Counted from the first letter of the stretch, positions 34,931 to 46,877 are shown. The stretch is 64,000 nucleotides of DNA from Caecitellus pseudoparvulus (GCA_965644315.1 CBFFRQ010000030.1:434001-498000), one strand, 5' to 3'. The notes: a model not told the origin generated them from the letters alone. A program made the numbers and translations.

Positions 34931-37177
34931 TCACCCTCGCTTGGCACTCTCCTTGCCTTTCTCCGTCACCTGGTTGAACATGCGGTGCTGGGCGGCGTCC
35001 CCGAACGCGGCAAATGTCTCCTCGTCCAACTTGCGCTTGCGCAGCTTGCCCCACACACGCAGGGCCGCCGCCCACGTGTCCCGGGTGCGTGGGTTGCGGG
35101 CGTCCACGATGAGCTCGCTGTCGCCCAGGTCCACCTCCAGCACACACGTCGGGCGCTGCACTTCCTCCCACAGACCGTCCTCGTCCCCATCGTGCGCTGC
35201 GGGGGCACCACCTCCCCCTCCACCAGCTGCAGCGGCGGCTGGCGTGGGCGCTGCCTGCGGCCTGCCGGCGGGAGAGGGGGGTCCGCTCCCGCCCTCCTCC
35301 TCGTCCTCGTCATCTGAGAACGTGCTTGCAGAGGCACTGCCCCGTGTGGCCATGCGCATGACCTTGACAGCCTCCGTCGCCACTCGCACGTCCACGATGG
35401 CCTCCAGGGGCAAGCTGGCGCCAGTCCCCATGAGTCGGGACGTGTTGTTGCCGGAGGCTCGCCCATGCACGTATCCCTGCTCATCCAGGGATGCGTGCCC
35501 AGCATCCAGGAAATACAGCAGGGCGCGAGGGGTCAGCACGAAGTACCGGTTGCGTGCCGTCTGCACGACACTGGACCGGTCCTTCTTCTGCATCCACCCG
35601 TGCAGCACGGCCAGGTCGTGTCCTTTGGCGTCCTTCCACCACCCCTCCGCAGCTGGCGCAGCGGCGTCCAGCCCCACACGGGGGTCGGCGTCCGGCACAG
35701 GGACGGCCCAGGCCCGCAGGCCCCGAGCAGGGGGTGGCGCGCCACCTGCTGGGAGCTCCTCTGGTACCTCTTCGTTGAAGGTTCGGGGAATGACCTTGCC
35801 AGTGCCCCGGGAGACACCCCCTGCCGCGGACCCCTTGGCCAGTGCTCGCTGAGCATCCGCCTCGCTACCGACAGCCTTGACGTACGGCCACTTGAACACG
35901 AGGAAGGAGGCATCCAGTGCAGATGCAGCGGCTGCCGCAGCCTCGGCCTTCGCCCGGGTCGCCTGCGCCTTGGCAAAGGCGGCCTTGGCAGCTGCCTCAG
36001 CACGGGCCTTGGCGGCCTTGGCACGGGCCTGCCGACTGGCCTCATCTTCCTCCCCCCCCACCAGGTTGCGCAAGCTGCCCTGGATGAGCAAGCTGCCGCG
36101 CCGAGCCACACGCCCGAGGACAGTGCCAGGTGCAGCGCCGGAACCCCCCTCGGTGCCGTCGCCGGACCCCCCCTCTTCTGCCACCTTGGGCAAGGTGGGG
36201 GGTGGGCCCACCACAGACCGGCGCCGGGTCCGCGGCCCTTCCTCAGATGGGGGGGCTGCAGGCGGGGTAGCGGCAGTGCTGCCCTCCTCCCCAGCCTCCG
36301 AACTCCCGCCCCCCTCCTCCTCCCCCCCGAAGACACTGGATCGGATGCGGTCCAGCATACTAGCGCGCCGGGCCCTCGGAGCCACCTTCCGGCGAGGGGA
36401 TCTGGACGGCATGTCGCCGGTGTCCCCTGTGCCGGCGCTGGGCTCTGGCGGGGCGGAGGTGGGCACAGGGGCATCGCCTGTGCCGCCACTGTCCCCGCCC
36501 AGCGCCCTGGACTCCTCAAACTGCGCCTTTGCAAATTCCGCCCACGCCTCCAGCGCAGTGGTCCACATGGCCGCCGCCTCGATGGACGGCGCCAGGACAT
36601 GAATGGACGTCAGGATGCCGTCGCCGTTCTCCCCCACCTGGTAGGACACGGAGAAGGCGTTGGAGTCTGCCTCCAGGTCCACCCTGGCCACGGCGTGCAG
36701 GGGGACACGGGCGCCCTCGGAGCTGAACTTGCGCAGGCGAGACAACCCACACCGCCCACGCATGTACCCGGCAGGCGTGATGTCCGCCTCCTCCGCGTAG
36801 TGAAAAAAGCCCCAGAAGTCCGCGCACAGGACGAAGAAGCGAGGCTTCAAGTTGCCCTTGGTCAGGCTGGCATCCGAGCGCTTCGCCAGCACACCCTCTG
36901 CCAGCACGAATGGGTTCCCCATCTCGTCCTGGAGGTATGCAGGCACATCAGGGCGCAGGCGCACGCCATGCTGCTCGATGACTGGCGCTGTCGCCGCTTC
37001 CATAGCCTCTCCCAAGGCGCGCTGCACGTCTTCCTCCAGCGCCGTGTCCTCCGCAGCCACCTCCAGTGTCATGGTGCCTGCTGCCGGTTCCTCATCACAG
37101 CCCACCCCAGCAGCATCCAGTGAGTCAACCTGGCCCTCGCTGCCAGTGTGCACTGCTTCCTCTGTCGCATCAGCCAT
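34931..37177 (-). CDS. Tandem PH-domain protein
   Basis: Two PH-like units (EGVLAKRS...KPRFFVL...AAMWTTALEAW; HGWMQKKD...RNRYFVLT...RDTWAAALRVW) joined by a low-complexity linker. Confidence 0.75.
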   Translation of the reverse strand: MADATEEAVHTGSEGQVDSLDAAGVGCDEEPAAGTMTLEVAAEDTALEEDVQRALGEAMEAATAPVIEQHGVRLRPDVPAYLQDEMGNPFVLAEGVLAKRSDASLTKGNLKPRFFVLCADFWGFFHYAEEADITPAGYMRGRCGLSRLRKFSSEGARVPLHAVARVDLEADSNAFSVSYQVGENGDGILTSIHVLAPSIEAAAMWTTALEAWAEFAKAQFEESRALGGDSGGTGDAPVPTSAPPEPSAGTGDTGDMPSRSPRRKVAPRARRASMLDRIRSSVFGGEEEGGGSSEAGEEGSTAATPPAAPPSEEGPRTRRRSVVGPPPTLPKVAEEGGSGDGTEGGSGAAPGTVLGRVARRGSLLIQGSLRNLVGGEEDEASRQARAKAAKARAEAAAKAAFAKAQATRAKAEAAAAAASALDASFLVFKWPYVKAVGSEADAQRALAKGSAAGGVSRGTGKVIPRTFNEEVPEELPAGGAPPPARGLRAWAVPVPDADPRVGLDAAAPAAEGWWKDAKGHDLAVLHGWMQKKDRSSVVQTARNRYFVLTPRALLYFLDAGHASLDEQGYVHGRASGNNTSRLMGTGASLPLEAIVDVRVATEAVKVMRMATRGSASASTFSDDEDEEEGGSGPPSPAGRPQAAPTPAAAAAGGGGGGAPAAHDGDEDGLWEEVQRPTCVLEVDLGDSELIVDARNPRTRDTWAAALRVWGKLRKRKLDEETFAAFGDAAQHRMFNQVTEKGKESAKRG

Positions 37178-38132
37178 TCTGCGCCGAAAAACGGCGGATT
37201 CCAGTTGCCACCACTCGTCAGGTGCAGTGCACTTTCACTCGGCGCACACGCCGCCCCTGCTCAAGCGCGCCAGGAGACTCTGAGACGCACAAGCACGCCT
37301 CCTCACCTGTAATTCTACGTGTTTCGAGTCTCCACCCTGTGTTACAAGCACAAGGGCCTTGCACTGCGCTGCCCGGGGTGGAAAACAGGGGGCGACTATC
37401 GCACAGCGACGCTTCCCGCGGCGCTGCAGGCGCTCTCCCCACTTTCACAGCCGGCGCGACCGGCTTGCACTGGCCACGCGCAGGTCGCGAGAAGAATGAG
37501 CAGGACTGCTGCAGTCGATGATGTGGGAACGGGACGTGTTTTGCACACATCCGCCTGACGTGGTGTGCCGGACCCTCGACGGCGCCTGGCTGGCAATGTG
37601 CGCCCAACTGTACTGGCGCCCGCTTGGCCTTCACATGCCTGGTCAACAATTCTGATCCATGCAGCACGAACATCTTTGTACACATTTGTCTGCGACTTGC
37701 CTCGGTCTCCTCCCACCCGCCCCCTGATTCGTTGAGAGGGGCAGTTGTCTCTTGCCAGGGTTTCAGCGGCGTTTCGACACCATGGCTGACAAGCGGCAGG
37801 CTCATTCTCACGCGGACACTCGAGACCGCGCGGAAAAGGCATGCCAAGCTCAAGCATGTGATATTCAGACGTGTCTTGCGCGTTGTCAGTGAGTCCCTGC
37901 ACATGCCTACTGCATCGCCGACGCTTGACAACAGACACACTGCCTGCGCCCAGGTGGCAGCAAGACAAGTGCACGCAGGCATACCAGGCGTACGAGAAGT
38001 GCGTGGCAGACAAGCGTGCGGCCTTTGCAAGTCAGTCACCCAAGTGACCCACGTGACCAGCGTGCGCGGGGGTACATTACGAAGGGGTCGGCAGAGTGCC
38101 GGAGTGTGCGAGCGTGCTACGGCACGAAGCTC

Positions 38133-39154
38133 CTATGGCTTCGGCAGTGCTGACAGGAACTGCTCCAGATGCTGCTGCTGGTGCTTGAGGAAGGCGATTT
38201 CCTCCCTGCGCTTCTTGTCGTCCAGAGTGCGCGTCTCGTTGTACCGCCGCTCCATCACTTCCAACCGGGTGCGCAACGCCACCAACTCGTTGCCCAGTGC
38301 TGCGTTGCCCTCTCGGAGGGAGGCGATCTCCGCCTCCATCTCCGCAACGCCCTCTTCCCCCTGCAAAGCCTTGCGCACGCCAAAGGTCACACTGCTTTCG
38401 TGCAGGGTCTTGTACGCGTCGATGGTCATGCGGATTTCATCCCGCACACGCAGCAGTAGCAGGCCCCGCTCAGCACTCTCCAAGGTCACCTGCCGGATCA
38501 ACTCATCTGCAATGCACACAGGGGGGGGGGGGGTCGGTGCATCATGCCGCAAGGAGCGCCTGGCGGCAGGACGCGCACCGAAGAGCTGCCTGTATAGGTC
38601 TTCCCGCACGCTGCAAATGCCAGTTTCCCGAGCTTGGCGCTGCATGAGCTGCTGCTCAAGCTCCTGCTGAATCGTGACTACCTCCAGTCGAGAAGATGGT
38701 TCCTTGCTGACATACTGCATGAAGGTGTTGCCGTCCCCTTGCGTCCACATCCTGCACAGCGGGCGAGTGCGAAGCCAGTGCTCAGGTGCGGAAGCTGGCC
38801 CTCACACTGCAGGCGGCCATTTTGCGAAAGGGACGGCGGAAATCCAATGTTAGGCAGACTCCTGCGTCTTTCTGATACAGTGCCAGTATCTGCAGCTCCT
38901 TGCTGGGTGCACCAGGCACCCACACAGTGCATGGGGGCCCGCCACTGGTTCTGGGCAGGCCGATTTCGCATCGCGCAGCTGGCGAGGTGCGCTCACCTTG
39001 GCGGCAAGATGGAGTTCAAGATCTCATCCAGCTGGCCATCGCCCTTGACAACACTTGAGGCGAGAGCTGCAGAGGCTCCAGCTTCTGCATCTCCGTCCAC
39101 GGGCAACGGCGGCGCGTGCCGGAGCAAGGAGGCAGGCGGGGCCGCCTCGGCCAT
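38133..39154 (-). CDS. DNALI1: Axonemal inner-arm dynein light chain p28
   Basis: DEILNSILPPR|MWTQG, QRQARETGICSVREDLYRQLF|DELIRQVTLESAERGLLLLRVRDEIRMTIDAYKTL; two introns. Confidence 0.93.
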
Positions 39155-39307
39155 GCTGGGAAACGATGCACAGGGTTGCCTGGCCAGGCCAGGTGAAAAG
39201 GGGGCGCCCTTACTGCAAAGAAGACGTCACAGAAAACGCTGGCGCAATCTACATTTGAGTGTGTGAGTTGAATTGCACCTGGGGCGACTCAGCGCAGCAC
39301 CGCTTGG

Positions 39308-41560
39308 CTAGAAGAGCCCCACAACCTTGCCGGTCTCGAAGTCCACGTCCACGTCGTAGAAGCCAGGGCGCGTGGGCAGCCCTGGGATGGTCATGATCTC
39401 CCCCAGCAGGGGGTACACGAAGCCGGCCCCCACAGATGCCCGTGCCTCACGCACGTGCACCTTGAACCCCGTCGGGCGACCCTTCAGGGATGCATCCGCA
39501 CTCAAGCTCAGGTGGGTCTTCGCCATGCAGATGGGCAGGGAGCCGTACCCTGCCGCCTCGTACGCTGCCAGCTGTGCCTCAGCTGTGTCGCTGTATGTGA
39601 CCCCATCGGCGCCGTAAATCTCCCCTGCGATGCGCTCAATCTTGCCCTTCAAGCTCAAGTCATCCTCGTACAGGAAGCGGAAGCCAGGCGCCTCTCCCTG
39701 CGCTGCCACTGGTGTGCGGCAGGCTTGCACGACGGCCTCAGCCAACTGCACGGCGCCAGCGCCGCCGGCTGTCCAGTGGTCGGCCTCCACAGCGGCTACG
39801 GCGCCGGCCTCCAGGGCTGCCGCCTTCACCGCCTCGATCTCGGCGTCTGTGTCGGTGGTGAAGCGGTTCACCGCGACAACGGGCGCGACGCCAAACTTGC
39901 GGATGTTTTCGATGTGCTTCACCATGTTGGCGCAGCCTGCCTGCAGCAGGGGCAAGTTCTCCGACTTGTACTCTTCAGCGAGGGGCTTGCCCGGAGTCAC
40001 GGGGGGGCCGCCACCGTGCGTCTTCAGCGCGCGCACAGTGGCCACCAGCACCGCCACATCAGGCTGCAGGCCAGACACCCGGCACTTGATGTTGGCAGTC
40101 TTCTCGAAGCCGATGTCTGCACCAAAGCCCGCCTCCGTCACCACGAAGCCATCCTCCCCTACCAGCTTCAGCGCCAGGAGGTCCGAGATGACACTGCTGT
40201 GCCCAGAAGCGATGTTTGCGAAGGGCCCTGCGTGCACAAAGCAGGGCGTGCCTTCCAGCGTCTGCATCAGGGTGGGCTTCACCGCCTCCATCATCATCAC
40301 CGTCAGCGCGCCGGCCACGCCCAGGTCGTCCGCGGTGACAGGCTGCCCAGCGCGGGACGTAGCAACCACCATGCGCCCCAGCCGCTCACGCATGTCGGGC
40401 AGGTCTTTGCACAACGCCAGCACAGCCATGATCTCTGATGCGACGGTGATGTCGAAGCCTGTCTTGCGCTCGGGCACCTTGCCCTCTTTCGGCCCCTGCC
40501 CGATGGTGATGCCACGCAGATGCCGGTCGCAGGTGTCCACCACCCGCTGCCACGTGATGGTGTCAGGGTCAATGTCCAAGCGGACAAACGCCGAGCGCTC
40601 CTCCTCAGTCAACGAGTCGGGGTCTTTCCACTTGGCCTGTGGGATGCCCAGCTTGGCCAGGCGCCGCTTCATGATGGGCGCAAAGGACCGCTTGCCGTCC
40701 TTGCCGGCAGGGCACAAGCGCCGGAAGAGGGCCGCGTCGGTTTGTGTGCTCTCGTGCAGCATGCGCGTGTCAATTGCTGCGGCCAGCAGGTTGTTCGCGG
40801 CAGTGATGGCGTGAATGTCCCCAGTCAGGTGCAAGTTGAACTCTTCCATGGGCACGATCTGCGCGTACCCGCCTCCTGCTGCCCCACCCTTGATACCCAT
40901 GGTGGGGCCTTGGCTCGGCTGGCGGACCTGAGGAAGCGAGGACACCAAGACGGTGTGGGCCGAGCGAAGTCACAAGACGCGCGGCTTGGGGCAGCACCAC
41001 TCACACAGGTGAAGACCTTCTCACCCAGGTGAGCACCGAGAGCCTGGCACAGTCCAATGGTGGTGGTACTCTTGCCTTCCCCCAGGGGCGTCGGGTTGAT
41101 GCCTGCGCAGCTCACACGTGCAGCGTGCGTCAGGAGCGCGTCAGGCACATGCGACGCGATGCATCCTCACCCGTCACGACGACGTAGTGCCCGTTCTTGA
41201 CCGACTCTAGGCGCTTCAGCACGTCAAGTTTGACCTGGGTGTGTCAAATCCCGGTGCAGTGCAGAGCAAGTGCAGCCGCGATCCGTGGCGTGCTGGGCAG
41301 CACAGAGTCGTATTCCGCACCTTCGCTTTGTAGCTGCCATACAGCTCCAGTTCCTCAGGCAAGATGCCTGCAGCCTCGGCAATCTTAGAGATGTGCAGTG
41401 GCTCCACACTCTGGGAGACAGCGATGTCGCTGGGGACTGGCTTCTGGAACGTCACCCGTGCGAGGGCTTCGGCGGTCACGCTGCTGGCTGCAGCCATGGT
41501 GAATGTGCGCCTGACTTCTGCCACCGCTCTCAAGGCGACTGCACCGCTCTTGGAAAGCAT
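39308..41560 (-). CDS. FTHFS: Monofunctional formate--tetrahydrofolate ligase with an N-terminal presequence; 5' introns
   Basis: [93 protein letters not shown]. Confidence 0.95.
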
Positions 41561-41925
41561 TGGATCGCTTGCGAGAGGCGCGCGCGGGCAGGCAGGGGTC
41601 GGAGAGTGTGTTGTGTCGTCAGGTGAACAATGCGAAGATGTAAGAGAGCACTGCACGTGTCAGCTCTTCCGTACATTTTTTACTTCTCTCAGTCCTCCGT
41701 CCCCCTTTCGTTGAATCGGCCAGGACTCATTCAAGTGCAGCGCTCAGTAATGCTTGACAATGAATCAACAACTTACCCCACCTGACGAAGATCCACTTCT
41801 GTGACACTTACCTTCCCTCTTACCTGCACACGGCGGGATCGAAGCGCGCACCCTGGGCAGTGCTTGCCGGCACTTGTTTGGGGAAGCAGCAGCGTCTGCG
41901 CCTGGTCTGCTTGGCGTTGCGCAGC

Positions 41926-43336
41926 ATGGCTGCCAGTGCCGACAGCTCAGCGGCTGTCAAGGGAGAGTACCGGATGAAGGAGCAACTATTTGACATCGCC
42001 GCAGCAGTAGCGTCGCTGGAGCACCTGCGCAACGCTTCAAGCGGGCTTGGGCAAGGGAGCATGTGCGTTTCGGCGTTTCCACGCTGCTTCTGCGCCTGCC
42101 AGCCTCATTTCCCAGCCCCACGGCCTTCACAGCGCCGTGCAGAGTCTCCCCTTTTGGTCATCGCGCTTCTTTTCGAATGCTCATGCCATGCAAGCAGCCA
42201 ATCGAGCCTTGGGTGCCGTTCCGTGGGGAGACTGCGAGAAGCCGAGCACGGCCACCTTTCGGCTTGCTGCCTGCCCCTGCCCTGCCTCTGGAGCGCCGTG
42301 CATTGCTGTCATAGATGTAGGCTCGGAACGCCACCTGTCAAGCACAGAGGAAATCGAAGCCCTCATCGTTGCAGTGTGTTCGCCGCTCGTGGAAGACGCC
42401 TCGCTGCGAGTGTGTGTTCCCACCATGGTGGCTGTGGCTGTTCGGGCGCTGCAGGAGGTGTGTTCGGAACACTTGGAGCACATGGACCTCAGTCCTCTGG
42501 AGAAAGTGAAGGTCGTCGAGAGTGCCTCGCATGGCCCCGATTTCATGGTGCCGTACCAGTGTGGGTGGGAGGCCAATGGCGCTGCCCTGCACATTGTGAC
42601 TCCCCCCTTTTCCACCCTGCCCGAGGCCCACGCAGCGCACATGCAGCGCCCAGATGGACATGGACACTTGTCAGCCGGCCACACCCACGCACTGTGTGTG
42701 TTTGAGGCTCTGTCCACCCCCATGCACGAAGGCGTGCACTTGCTGCAGCACCTGCACGGCGGCTTCACTGACTCGTGCGCTGCGAGCATGGCAGCAGAGC
42801 ACGACGCATCACGCCTGAACTTCCTCCTTCTGCAGCACGCCCTGCAGACGCGCCACGCACAGGACGCACTGGGCGGCCTCCCCTGGATGCGGGACTGCAT
42901 CATGGCCTTCGTCATGCAGCAGGGGAGTGCGGAGCTGCGGCGACTCCAAGCAGCCGCCCCCACAGAGGAAAGCCCCTACCCCTGGGAAGCCTACCGGGCC
43001 TGGGTGCACAGCTTTGGCCTGCAGTCACCCCACCCTCACTGGAAAGCTCGCCCAGACGCATTGGTGTTGGAGCGCAGCGGCAAAGTGGCCGTGGCTGCCG
43101 AGGCAGCTGGCGCAGGGGAAGTCCCAGCCGAGGATGTGGGCGCGTTGCTGCGAGCAGCGCTACACCCCCACCGCACCGGGGACGTGTACAGCCCAGACAA
43201 TGCTGCATTGCTGGCCCAGGCAGTGCCGCCGCACCTGTCGCTGACGGTTGACAGCCACGTCGCGGTGGACGCACCGCACACGCCGCCCGGCCACGAGGAC
43301 CGAGTGCTGGCCGCCCTCACACCTGTGCCTGCGTGA
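41926..43336 (+). CDS. Uncharacterised protein (~440 aa, one predicted 5' intron)
   Basis: Exon MAASADSSAAV...GQGS with a GTGCGT donor at ~42063 and a CACAG acceptor at ~42132 joins ORF 42047..43336. Coding-like GC3 bias; no family recognised. Confidence 0.6.
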
Positions 43337-43343
43337 CGAGCCG

Positions 43344-46005
43344 TCAACCCTCGGCCGTCTTCTCAGCTTCTGCCTCTGCCTTGGCTTTCGCCTCCGCCTC
43401 GATCTCATGCAGAGGGCGGTAGCCGCCGCCGCCTTTGGTGCGCTTGAACCGCACTTCATTCGGCGAGAAGCCAGCCTCTGGCGCATCGTAGTGCGCCCAC
43501 GCCGGCGTGGGGGCCATGTAATCCTCTGCACCAAACGTGAAGGCGCCATCGCTGGCGCGGGCTTTGGCTGCCAGCTCGTGGAACTTGGGGTAGTCAATCC
43601 ACGTCCACCACCTGCCCTCCTCCGCGTTCCAAAATTTGCGCTTGGCGATGAGCACCAGGTTGGAGTGCTCGTGCTCACAGGCAAGGCCATAGTCCTCCCC
43701 CTGCTCGCGCAGGCGCTGCACCATGGCCGCACAGAACTCCCGCACCTCCTCGTGCCAGGGGACATCCTTGATGGTCAGGTCAGACGCGTTGCTCTCGCCA
43801 CAGTACGTGACGGCCTTCACCTCGATGAAGTCGGGGCTGCCCCGCGTGACGAGGTTCACGTACCCCTCCACGGCGTCCATGTTGTACCGCTTGACCAGGG
43901 TCATGCGGTACACAGTGCGCTGGCGCTTGGCTCGCAGGGCGTCCAGGGAGCCCAGGAAGCGCTCCCAGAAGTCCTTGAACAGGGGGCGGTCCACAGCCTT
44001 GAGGGCGTCCTTCGTGCTGGCGTCCACAGACACGTACAGCTGCGTGACGGGGGGCAGGGTGCTGATGGCTTCAGGGAACTGGCAGTTGGTGACGAGGAAG
44101 GAGGAGATGCCCCGCTCATGCAGCAGGTCCACGAAGCGGCCGATGTGGGGGTACATGATGGGCTCCCCCACCAGGCTCAGCGCGCAGTGCTTCACGGTGA
44201 AGGCGGCCAGCCACCGGTCCATCTTGATGCCGGGCACGCCCCGCATCATCTTGATCATGGCCACGTGCTTGGCGATGGCTTCCTCCACGATCATCTCCGG
44301 TTCATCCAGCTTCCACCGCCACTCCCGCCCAGTCGGGTTCTTCATGTGCCGCCAGCAGAACACGCACTTGTTGGCGCAGGCCAGGCTGGGCGTTGTCTCC
44401 ATGCACTGGTACGACGTGATGCCGTAGCAGCTGTGCTTGTAGCAGCCTCCCCGCCCGCGCAGCTGGTGCTTGGTCCACCGGCACAGCTTCACGGCCGAGT
44501 GCGTGCCGATGATTTTGTACCCTTCCTTCGTCAGCGCCTTGAACTGCTTGGGCGTGACCATGTCTGGCTTGGTGAGGGGGTCCACAAGGGGCCCCTCGGC
44601 GCTGGCACCCGCCTTGGCCTCCGCGTACACCGCCGCCAGATCCTCCAGGTCCACCATGCCGCCGCCACCGTGCCCGCCAGCTGCGCCTGCCGTCGCCGCG
44701 GCATCCTGTGTCGAGTCCCGGATGCCCTCCAGGTCACTGTCAGGGATGGCCAAGCCCCGCGCCTCCAGCTCATCCAGTGTCAACATGTGGTCGTTCACAA
44801 TGTCCTCTGACGTCACCGGCACACCGTCGTCGTCCAGCACCTCCCGGTCGCCCGTGGACGTCCCGGCTGTGCTGGACTCCCACGCAGAGTGCACCTCCTC
44901 GGAGATGGCCGCGTACCGTGCATGCTGTTCTTCCTGCCACTCCCTCATCTTCTTGTTCCGTGTGGCCTCCCGCGTCAGGCGCCGGCGCTGGTTGCGTGTC
45001 AGCTTGGAGCGGTCGCGGGCCAGTTGCTTGGCGGCGGCTGCGGCCTGCCCCGCGCTGGCAGCGGGGCGCAGGGCAGCTTCCTGCTCCTCCCAAGACTTGA
45101 CTTGCTTCAAAGATGTGGGGGCGCCGTCCGTGCCTCCGCTGCCACAGTCCCCCGAGCCGCAGCTCCCTGCCGCCGCCGCTGGGGATTCCTCAGCGGCTCC
45201 TGCCGCCGCTGGCGCACGTGCTGCCGCCATCTCACACAGCTTTGGGATGATGCGGTCCCGCCACTTGCGGAACTGCGCAATCATGTCCACAGAGTCGTCG
45301 CCTTTGGCCAAGGAGGCCAGGGGCATGGCGCCCACCTTGCACAGCCCGCGGTGCAGCTGGCGGGCGGCCTCGCAGTGGTTCTCGTCGTAGTCAGAGTTGC
45401 CCAGCCCAAACACCGCAAAGGTTGTGTTCTTCAACCATGTTCGGGACACCCGGAAGTCCAGCACCATGTCCGCCAGCCATTCACAGAAGACTCGCCCGTT
45501 TGCAGGTGGCACGCCGCCTTCGTAAGTAGGCAGCAAGAACAGCACCACCGTCTCCAACTCCAAGTTGTCCTGGTCATACTCGTGCAGGGACACACACGAC
45601 ACGTCCACTGCAAAGCCCGCGATGTTCAGCCCGAACAGGTCACGCGTCAGCTCCTCGGCGAAGCCTGCGAGAGCGCCAGCGCCACGCAAGCATGTGCAGC
45701 GGGAACACCCAGCGCCAAGCCAGCATGGTGAAGCAGTGACAGCACAGACTTGACCTACCTTTTGCTGTTCCTAGTTCACTGGCGTACAGCACCCGCACGG
45801 GGAGGGCGTGCTCGCGTTTGTCGTCTTCGCCCGCTGTTTCTGCCTGCGTTTCGTCTGGCGTTTCAGGCACTTCGCTTTGGCCTGCCTCCGTCGCGTTCTC
45901 GGGATCGCCAGCCTTGCTGGCCCCCAGAAGTCCCCGCAGGAGCCAAGCAGAAACAATCACAACGACCACAGCCAGCAGTACTTGGCCACTTGTCACGCCT
46001 TCCAT
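43344..46005 (-). CDS. TYW1: tRNA wybutosine-synthesising protein TYW1 (TM anchor + flavodoxin + radical SAM)
   Basis: N-terminal TM; VLYASELGTAK|GFA; FAVFGLGNSDY; GYKIIGTHSAVKLCRWTK; CANKCVFC (CxxxCxxC); SLVGEP; FLVTN. Confidence 0.95.
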
Positions 46006-46300
46006 GCTGCCGGCAACGTGTGCTGCAGGCCTGGCAGGCGCTTGCTCGCCAGGGCCAGTGTGCTGCTTTGGCGGCTGGAAGCACCTACTCAGCATGTGGA
46101 GTGGTGTTGGGGGAGATCAGAGCGGAATCAATTTTGGAGGGGCGAGGTTTCAGCACGCCAGGCCGCACGCGAAGCATGCAGCGCCCCCCACGGAGACTGT
46201 GAGGGTAGTGGCCAGAGTATCCCTGAGCCTGGCAAAACCCAACTACCTTCGCCTTATGCCCCCCCTTTCCCCGCGTGCCACCGTCCGCCCCTTGGTAAAC

Positions 46301-46877
46301 ATGGCATCCTCAGCATCCACCCCTGCTTCGGCAAGTGTTGCCGTCGAGTACTGCGGGCGGTGAGGGTACAAGCCCAAGTACCAGAAGTTGGCAGGCGTGA
46401 GTGCAGGCTGGCGTGGCGAGGCGCCCCACAGAATCACCCTCCTCATCCCTGCTCCCGCCCCCCAGCTCATGTCAACTTCCTCAACGGGATCTACTGGCCG
46501 TGTGTACGTCTAGCGGCTGCTACCGTCTGTGTCAATGTTGGCAGCGCGCACAGTAGAGCCGCTTGTCGGGTAACGGCATTCCACAGAACCTGCAGGAGTA
46601 GCCACGCAATTGTCGACTTGCGCGCACGCTTCATCCCCTCGTGCCCCGGTCTGCAGAGGATCCTTCGAGGTTGTCGTCAGCGCAAGATACCTTGCTTACA
46701 GCAAGCTGGCTACGGGCGTCTTCCCCGACTTTGAAGCCTTGGCAAAGGTGCGGCATTGCCGCGACGGAGAATGGGCCAGCAGGCCACAGCACACACCTAC
46801 CGCCTTGGCTTGCACAGGAGGTGGACGCGTTCGTGGCCGATGGCACAGTGCCATCCACCTGGACCAAACTGGAGTGA
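46301..46877 (+). CDS. SELENOW: Selenoprotein W / Rdx-family selenoprotein (in-frame TGA = Sec at 46361-46363)
   Basis: Exons 46301-46396, 46466-46503, 46657-46747, 46818-46877 give a 94-aa protein: VEYCGRUGYKPKY...GRVGSFEVVV...YSKLATGVFPD. It has CxxU plus the Rdx GxFEV and SK..TG.FP signatures. The exon 2 boundaries are the least certain. Confidence 0.88.

Noticed and set aside
37510-37660. Possible C/D box snoRNA (ATGATG...CTGA)
   Set aside because: Imperfect C box, weak terminal stem and no rRNA guide complementarity that I could identify.
37218-38130. Several 200-350 aa ORFs between the PH gene and p28
   Set aside because: No recognisable motifs or coding-like codon bias; a gene cannot be supported without expression data.
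41770-41880. Repeated (A)CTTACC motifs resembling the U1 snRNA 5' end
   Set aside because: No convincing U1 stem-loops or Sm site follow; probably promoter or UTR sequence.
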